From positions 170,686,001 to 170,750,000 of the forward strand of contig OZ024740.1 of NCBI GenBank assembly GCA_964016885.1: DNA of 64,000 nucleotides, given 5' to 3'. Below are positions 55,371 through 64,000 of the stretch, one piece after another (the stretch's first letter is position 1; each line of letters begins with the position of its first letter). The position numbers and the translations under genes were made by a program. The DNA is from Eledone cirrhosa (Eukaryota). A model generated the notes under the pieces. It made no database searches. It saw only the letters and a list, made by a program, of their open reading frames with translations, and had not been told where the DNA came from.

Positions 55371-56227
55371 GTATTCAGTAACTCGTTTTCTTTCCATATA
55401 CTTGAATAGTTGCATTGGTTAGTTACAGACTTGCCAATTTCTAAAACCCCAAATGGGGAGTACCATGAAAAAATGTGCCCTAAAACGGGGAGAAATGAGG
55501 CAAAATGGGAATATTTTACATAATGAAAGCTATACCCATTTTCACAAGAGAAGACATCTGTCACCCACCCCAAAGTTGGTGGGAGATCTCCCCGTCGAAC
55601 GGGAGATTTGACAGGTATATAGTTAATTATCACTAACTCCCGCTTATCTTCAGAAACAATAAACTACATGAGGAAATCTTCACAGGGGCATGCATAAGCA
55701 AGTGTTATGAAAGCCATGCAGTTGACCTGGCCGATAAAGCAAAAATGACATCTACCATATTTTTCTGTTATGTTGCCTTTTTTTATGCAAAAATAGATGA
55801 ACACGCTATTGCACATCTTTCATTATATATGCATAATGAAGCATTCTCCATTATATATGCATAATGAAGCATGGTCCCTTATATATACATAACAAATAGT
55901 GTGAATAGAAAAAAAACGACGGGGTAAGTTTGGATTCAAAATTAGTATCTTAATTATTTTCTCTGTAGATATTGACCTACAGATATTATATCTAGGTATA
56001 AATTGAATCAATGTCACCAGATCTTCTTTCCATGACGAATGTATAGCCCCTCCCCCCCCCCCCCCCCCCCGCACACACACACACCACCACCACCACCACC
56101 ACCAATACATATAGAAATGAGAAGAAATATAGATGTTCTGGTCAATCAGTGTTCATCCATTAATAAAAGATAACAACAGAAAAATATGATTTAAGGAGTA
56201 AGTTAAAAAATAGTTTCTCTTCATTAT

Positions 56228-56400
56228 TGGATTGGCAGTATCGGTAGAGCGTCATACACCAATTATGGCCCTTTGTGATCTGAGTTCAAATCCCGCCGAG
56301 GCTAACTTTGCCTTTAATCCTTACGGGGTCGTTAAGATAAAGTACCAATGATGCACTGGAGTAATTGCTGGCCTTGTGCCAAAAGTAGAAACAATTATTA
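56228..56400 (+). mobile_element. Family 1 SINE
   Basis: A and B boxes plus consensus tail. Confidence 0.88.
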
Positions 56401-56600
56401 ATTAAGGTTCAGATACAACCGATGTCAGCTTTGCCTTACACACACATACACACACACACACACATATATATATATGTGTGTGTGTGTGTGTATATATAAT
56501 AATAATAATAATAATAAATATATATGTAGTAATAAACACAGTAAATTGTGTCTAAATTTACAGGGTATTGATATGAGTTATTAACTCTGCCTTTTATTTG

Positions 56601-56732
<132 letters not shown>

Positions 56733-56813
56733 GGTAAACAGAAATAACAACACAATCGGTACAGTATATGGAAGGAATATATTAGGTTAACGCTTGAAAT
56801 AGCAGGAAGAGGG

Positions 56814-56849
56814 TCATAATGTTTCGGACGCTAGTCCTTCATCAGAAGA
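56814..56849 (-). ncRNA. Penelope pLTR-type minimal HHR (same family)
   Basis: UCUU-CUGAUGA-A-GGAC-UAGC-GUCC-GAAA-CAUU-AUGA, in a repeat at 56727-56950. Confidence 0.6.
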
Positions 56850-57520
56850 ATGAATGAGAAATAAGATAGATTGAAGGGACGGGCGAAGTGGATTTGGAAA
56901 AAAAGTCGCTAGATAAAAATAACAGGTCCATTTATGTTGACATCTCTTGGAAAACTGTTGATGCTGGCGTTTTGTGTATGATATATTTTTTTAGAAAAGT
57001 GGTTGATGTGGTACGTTTACCTGAAATGGGAAAACACCGTTTTGTATAAAGAGCTGTACTTGCGCGCATGCGTATGCGCATGTGTGTGTCTGTGTGTGTT
57101 ATTATACGTCCGTACGCTAGGAAGATATATGTGTATATGTAAGTAAAAGAGTGTGTGTGTGCTTGTAGGTACGAAGCTACGAGCAAAAGTATGTTAATAT
57201 ATGGGTGTGTGTGTTTATATACAAAGCTGTGAAGGGGAAAGTGGAGTGTGCATATTTTGTTGGTTTGTATTGGTTGTACTGTATTGGTTGTAAGGGTATA
57301 TATTTATGAACATAAGTGAGCCATAGGAATCTAGGGGTGACGGGGTATTAAAGAAATTGGGAAGAGGAGTTGAGTCCATGAGGGAAACAGGACCCAAGGC
57401 GGTAAATCAGACTCTGTTCAGTCCTGGTGCACGAGGCTTGTGATCCGTGATATACAAGGACATCCAGGACTGAGACATGTAGGGAATAGTGACCAGGAGA
57501 ACGGATATATATATATATAC

Positions 57521-57566
<46 letters not shown>

Positions 57567-57662
57567 GTTTCAGAAGATCCCGTTAAGGGTGAAAGCAGCG
57601 ATTCTTTGCTTAAACATTAATCTGTTATTTTAATAAATACATATATATATATATATATATAT

Positions 57663-57747
<85 letters not shown>

Positions 57748-57852
57748 TCTGTGTAGCTACTAAAAAACGAGTGTTTGGAAATATAAGGAAAACACAAACA
57801 AAGGACAGATCCCTTCTTCAGTTGTCTGGTGTGGGTCTCGGACGTTTCGACG

Positions 57853-57931
<79 letters not shown>

Positions 57932-58127
57932 AGATTCAGGACCCCGAAGGCTGAGCTCCGGCTGTTTCGACAGCTAGATCCGAACTCCGAACCGTCGAAA
58001 GGGCCGGAGCTCAGCCGTCGGGGTCCTGAATCCTTTCATATTACCTACTCTACTACCCCAAGTATCGAGTACTCTCCTTCGTTATGGTCCATTTGGCATC
58101 TTACGTCATCCTCTTTGTGATATATAC

Positions 58128-58162
<35 letters not shown>

Positions 58163-60832
58163 CATATATATTGGGAGAGAGAGAGAGAAACAAATACCCA
58201 TGAACGTATGTAATATAGGCTTAGGTAATTTCAAGCGAGACGGTTAATCAGTGGAAGTGCACAGCCACTCAACAGGGAGTCGGTACTATAACTTTATGTA
58301 ATGGCTAAGCAAATTAAATGAATTAAATTTTAAGTTGAAGTGACACCGCGTTCGAATTTGCCTTTCATATTTCTGAGATCGTGAAAAAGATATGTGCCAG
58401 TCAAACACTGCGTGGAATTACCTTATCCGCATACCTCGAAATGTTGGCTCTTTTGCTAATTTTAGAAAGCATTGTGATATAGATCCACATCTTTTATTAC
58501 CGATATATATATTTATATATTATTTATTAGTCAATGAAAATAATTTGAGAAGGAGAGAGTAAGAGAAATGATATTGTAGATATACAAAGAAATACTTTGA
58601 GACTTAATTATATATATCAAACTTTTATATCGGTTAGGAATGGCCATGTATCTGTACCTCTCTATGGCACATGACTAAGGAGAGTTTGTTTTTTTCTGGA
58701 AGACTCCTGTTGCTGATGAAGTAAATCATTCCTCTCTACACTCCAGATTTTGTCTACGAGAAAGCCAATGGTTAATAGAGTTTGCCATCAATTAATAACT
58801 CAGAAAATAAAGTGCTGGGATACATACTGCAGGATATTTCGGTCAATGCTTTAACGATTCAAGCTATCGACAGGAACAAAAATCAAAGGTAAACTCAGGA
58901 GAATTTAAATTCGGAAACTAAAAATCTGTAATACATACTGCAATGCATTTTGTCCAACACACTATAGATTCTGCCAATTCTTCTATAATACATTAAAAAG
59001 TGGCACATATGGTTGTATTTCAAATGTCTATTATAACTCTACTTGTTTTAGTTTGAGCCAATCTCAGACTAAATCTCTTGCACGACAGCTGTCTTTGCTT
59101 TGTAGTTGAATCAACAAAATCAAAATCAAAACTGAAATAAAATATGAAATACGTTTTTGAAACCGATAATGATTTCATGTTTTAAATTAAACATGAAATG
59201 AAGATCTGATTTCACTTTATATGTCTCGTGCTTCGATAAAAGTTTCTGAAAATCACTAAGCTGAGTCAATTCTATCATTCGGAGTGAATTCTCATATATT
59301 TCATTTCTTGGCTAGTAGAGTTAATCTGTCACCATGTTTAAGGTCCTTCGGTGCTTTTAGCTTAGTTCATTCTGCTGCACACACTACACAATCACATTAT
59401 GTTACGTATGTTAACGTGTTTACTTTACTAGAACACCTGGCATATTGCATAATTCTGACATTCAAAAGATTTCAACTTTTCTGGTTAATGCTCATGACTG
59501 GTACCCGTATGTATATAGCTATATTTAATGAAATGTTAGGCAAACCATAATCAACACCAGTTGGAGAAGGAAACGTTAATCCGCAAAACCGAATCACCAT
59601 CTCTTCTTTTTCAATTCAAATAAACTGTTAAAATGAATTATGTTATCATGTGATCTTCCATTTGAACACAATTTAGCTGCTAACAAGCCGAACAACTATG
59701 TAAAGACTCAATCAGTTTGGAGTTAAATTAAATATTATAATCATTTAGTTGGTTGACTCCACCTGTGACTATTTCGCTCCTTCCTTACCACATGCTTCTG
59801 GTACAGTTTATGTGAGCTGAATTATGTACTCTTAATGCTTGATAAAATACATTTAAAACAAAAATGAAAATGAGATGAAACAAGTTCGTAAGAAGTTAAT
59901 TTAGCGAGCTTGTCTCATCATTACTATTGATATTGCAGTGCAGGCTAACACGCTATTTTCTAAAGATTTAGTGAAATATTGATATAATCTGATTAAAATA
60001 AGAAAACAAAGTTTCATTAGCTTCAATAATTCTTAAAGATGGAGTACGAATTATAAGTTACACATTAAAGGTTTAATTGGCATAAATAATATCATCATTA
60101 TAAGGTCCGGTTAGGATATTAAAAAGAGGTGATGGCAGAAGTACATCAGAGGTCGGCATATTTGTTTATAAACTGTCGGAAGAGCTTTGGTTGGATAATT
60201 TAATCATTCCATATACAGAGTTTCCCCAAAAAATGTATACACACTTTGGTTACCTGTGCATGCAATATCTATTAGATTGCTGTTTGAGGACACCTTGTAT
60301 ATGTAAATCATAAAATTATATATATATATATATAGAAATATAAATTTAGCGAGAATCGCATTTCGGCGGGTAGAAATTGGCGAAACGTAACTTCTGTATT
60401 GTGCAGACAAGCGCTCCATGGATATGAAGAAGATACCAGAGCTATAAACATAAGTTAAAATGGTCATACAAACTGAGACGATGGTTAAGAAGCCATTAAC
60501 CACCTTAGCCAAAAAAGCGAACAAGCTCAACGGGTCAAACAAAATAAGATATGATTGAAATAGTTACCCGGACCTCGGGGAAGATGGAATACTCCGATAT
60601 TTGGGTTTCTGCAACACCTAAATCAATAATACTGCCTGCATATAAAAAATAAGCTTTTGGTATAAATATATATATATGTATGTATGTAAATATGTATATG
60701 TATAAGAAAGTGAGGTTTTTTTACAAAATGAAAAAAACGCAGGTGTCCTACATGAGTGAAAGTATAAGGAAAAAAGATGAAATCTAAAATGCAACTGGAG
60801 TCTTTTTTTTTTAATATATATATTTATTTGGT

Positions 60833-60872
60833 TACTTTACCGGTTTCGCAGTTCTTCTGCTTTTCAAAAGTA
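60833..60872 (-). ncRNA. Minimal type I hammerhead ribozyme, U3-A8 variant (same family as 15753-15790)
   Basis: UACUU-UUGAAAA-GCAG-AAGAA-CUGC-GAAA-CCGG-UA/AAGUA, within a repeat at 60705-60900 that matches 15623-15818. Confidence 0.78.
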
Positions 60873-61542
60873 GAATTGAGATGGAGGATTTGTGGTTTTT
60901 ATATATATATATGCATATATTGTCCTCGCTATGTTATTCAACGTAAGTTTTGTATTGTTTGCCTTGTAAAATACCCTAGGAGAGTGTTTGACTGCCTTTT
61001 TAGACACCGTGACCGGAAATAGACCAACATTACTTTCGGTAGGGGTTGAAACTATATACATGCCTCTTGGCTGAGTTTTTGATTGTAGAAATAAATTTCA
61101 TTCGACAAACTCGTTTTAAATTTTGTCAGGGAGAAGGGATGCACAATTTCAAATTAAGGAAGAAAATTACCTCTTATGAAAATACGATTGTGCATCCAAC
61201 TCTAACCACTAAGCCATCCTTCTGTTATTTTAAATAAATATTTAACTCTATTCCCGCATCAGCCACGGGATTTAACACCTCCATCACGGTTTTCTAAACG
61301 TAATGACCAGTTCTGTCAACTGGCAGAATATAAATGGTATATATATATATATATATATATATGAACGTTTGTATTGTATATTCAATAATATATGGTATAT
61401 ATATATATATATATGAACGTTCGTATTGTATATTCAATAATATACTGTATGTTTATCTTAAAACATGTTGAAGGCCTTTCGCTATGAATTTAAGGCAGTG
61501 ACAATAAGCACACACCTAGCTTCAGCAAAAGCAAAGGGAAAG

Positions 61543-61583
61543 AACCGACGATCGTTTCTCACTGTTTAGTGGTTATCAAGACT
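61543..61583 (-). ncRNA. Type I hammerhead ribozyme, U3-A8 core variant (copy 1)
   Basis: AGUC-UUGAUAA-CCACUAAACAGUGA-GAAA-CGAUCG-UC/GGUU. Stem I is weakened by G-U pairs. Confidence 0.68.
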
Positions 61584-61868
61584 ATATATCCCTTTGTTCT
61601 TGCTGTGAGCTGTAGAAGTTGAATTCTTATACTATACTTATTATGTTTATGAGTTCTTTGAACTCATTAACATACAGAGCGGTTGCGGGCCCAACAACAA
61701 TTAAAAATTTGTGTTGGAGCTCTGAAATACCAATATATATATGAATGTACGTATTGTATATTTAATAATATACTGTATATTTATTTTAAAACATTTTGAA
61801 GGCCTTTCGCTATGAATTTATGGTAATGACTATAGTCACACACCTAGCTTCAGCAAAAACAAAGGGAA

Positions 61869-61913
61869 ATAACCGACAATTATTTCTCACTGTTTAGTGG
61901 TTATCAAGGCTAT
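61869..61913 (-). ncRNA. Type I hammerhead ribozyme, U3-A8 core variant
   Basis: AUAGCC-UUGAUAA-C-CACU-AAAC-AGUG-A-GAAA-UAAUUG-UC/GGUUAU. The sister copy at 61543-61583 has palindromic CGAUCG in the stem III position. Confidence 0.72.
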
Positions 61914-62459
61914 ATATCCCTTTGTTCTTGCTGCGAGCTGTAGAAGCTGGATTCTTATAAAATATATGAGCAAGAAAAATATAGACTTCGGCCAGAAAGG
62001 AAAGTAGGAATTCAAGCAAAACTGTATCTTCCTTCACACAGACACACATATATATATGTGTGTGTGGGGGTACCACTAAATTTAAACGTATATAGATAGA
62101 TAGACTCAAAAATACGCCCTATGAATCTAGCCAATGTATTTAACAAATGTAAAAATATAACAATACTACAAACTAGTCACATGTGTATACAACTCATGCA
62201 TTCGCCTAAATATCATTTTTATATTTATGTTGCTAATAAATTGATCGAAATTCATTCTTAATCGCCATTTCTTTTTTACTTTGGGGAAATGGGAAAATAA
62301 ATAGTTTGATTGAATCCGTAAATAATGAAAGAAAAAATAATTTCATCGTGTCAGCAACGATTAAACTGGTCATGTAGCCCCTTATTTTAATAAAACAAAA
62401 CAAGCCGAGTTAATATAAGACTTTCATATGAAAGATATAATTATAAAGCATTATATATA

Positions 62460-62643
62460 GAATTGGCAGTATTGGTAGAGGGTCGGACGCCATGCTTTGA
62501 CGCATAGAGTTACGGCCCTTGCCATTCTGAGTTCAAATCCCGCCGAGGTTAACTTTGCCTTTCATCCTTATGGGGTCGATAAAATAAAGTACCAGTAATA
62601 CACTAGTAATTGCTGGCCTTGTGCCAAAAGTAGAAACAATTAT
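62460..62643 (+). mobile_element. Family 1 SINE
   Basis: A and B boxes plus consensus tail. Confidence 0.9.
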
Positions 62644-63349
62644 ATATATACATATATATATATATATGTGTGCGTGTGTATGTGTTAGTGTGTGCGTGTG
62701 TGTGTGTGCGTGCGTGTGTGTGTGTATACAGGTTCTATCCAGTGGTGAATCACTAAACATAGATGAATATATATATCGAAAACTTTCCTTATATTTTATA
62801 TGACTATGTTCCAGTTTTAACACTTTTTTATATTAATGATATTACATATATACTTATTAGTCTTTTATGTTTGAAACAATAAATACACGAGAACTATCGA
62901 CATTTTCATGGCCTTCCTGGTCTTATCTTCTGGTTGAAAGGATTTTAGAGGTGGTTGTAATTGCTGTTTTATTATAGACGAGAATCATGGGAACGATCTT
63001 GTGTCTGATTCTCATTCCTTATCGGCTGATTTCTGCATTTTTTTTTATTGTTGTTGATGTCAGTTTCCTTTCAACAATAAGGAAATAGTTAGTCCATTTG
63101 TTAAAGTCTTAATTTACTGCTATGATGAATTTTGGACTATATTCAGCTATTAATACAGCTTCCATGCCTAATCTAATATTTCTTTTATATTGTTTGGTTT
63201 GAATTTTGCGGTGGGTAGGAGGTTGAATTGTGAATCGATGCTATGTAATCACCTAATATTCCTATAACTATTTTTTCTTTTATCACTGTTCGCAAAAGTA
63301 AAAGTAAATAATGCGGTTAAACAATACAATATATGGAATAATGATATTT

Positions 63350-64000
63350 AATTTAGGTACATGGCCAGTCATTTTAGAAGAGGAAATTCGATTAAATCTC
63401 CAGTAAAGCTGGAGCTTTATTATTTAACTAGGGCTTAATCTTCTCGACCTAGGAAGAATGAAAGGCAAAGTAGACATTGGCAGGATTTGAACTCAGAATG
63501 TAAAGTGCTTGAACAAATATTGCAAAGCAATGCCGCTCTAACGTTTCTGACAATTCACCGTCTTCAATAATATCTAATAATTGTTTCTACTTTTGGCACA
63601 AGGCCAGCAATTACCCAGTACATTACTGGTACTTTATTTTATCGACCCCGTAAGGATGAAAGGCAAAGTTAACCTTGACGGGATTTGAACTCAGATCATA
63701 AAGGGCCGTAACTCTTTGCTGCAAAGCATGGCGTCCGACCCTCCAACGATACTGCCAATTCACCGCCCTAATAATTGTTTCTACTTTTGGCACAAGGCCA
63801 GCAATTATCCAGTACATTACTGGTACTTTATTTTGTCGACCCCATAAGGATGAAAGGCAAAGTTAACCTCGGCGGGATTTGAACTCAGACTGTAAACGAA
63901 CATAACTATTCTGGAAAGCATGGCGTCCTACTCTCTACCGATACTGCCAATTCACCGCCCTAATAATGGTTTCTTATATAGGCACAAGGCTAGCAATTTT
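63350..64000 (-). mobile_element. Head-to-tail stack of family 1 SINEs
   Basis: An old copy at about 63350-63560, young copies at 63577-63769 and 63770-63960, and another tail starting at 63961. The young copies are joined by TAATAA. Confidence 0.88.

Larger units (their letters stand above)
61361..61958 (-). mobile_element. About 1.7 copies of a 328-bp HHR-bearing repeat, a diverged relative of the 310-bp array
   Basis: Unit starts at 61413 and 61741. Shares CTGTATGTTTAT..AAACAT.TTGAAG.CCT..TCGCTAT, AGAGCGGTTGC.GG.CC and GCTCTGAAATA with the 310-bp unit. Confidence 0.75.

Noticed and set aside
57805-57852. Minus-strand GAAACGTC and CTGAAGA motifs
   Set aside because: Order and pairing do not give a consistent hammerhead fold.

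Overview
Eukaryotic, AT-rich, repeat-dense DNA with no intact host gene. The SINE repertoire and microsatellite load suggest a mollusc, most likely an octopus (inference). Most ORFs in the track are microsatellite artefacts. Main signal: many minimal type I hammerhead ribozyme (HHR) motifs. Three tandem arrays look like non-LTR retrozymes: 7 x 310 bp at 2261-4430; about 3 units with an internal inversion at 50028-51494; and about 1.7 x 328 bp at 61361-61958, which is homologous to the first array with a co-varying fold. Dispersed Penelope-type HHR mini-elements and fold-back palindromes also occur, mostly within (TA)n. The centre (22.3-46.8 kb) is a pile-up of four minus-strand Tx1/L1-group LINEs and several plus-strand Dong/R4 LINEs, with most junctions at (AAT)n. 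The dominant tRNA-derived SINE shares its 3' end with these Tx1 elements. There are also RTE, CRE, Penelope and Helitron relics. All calls were made by eye; coordinates of degenerate elements are approximate.
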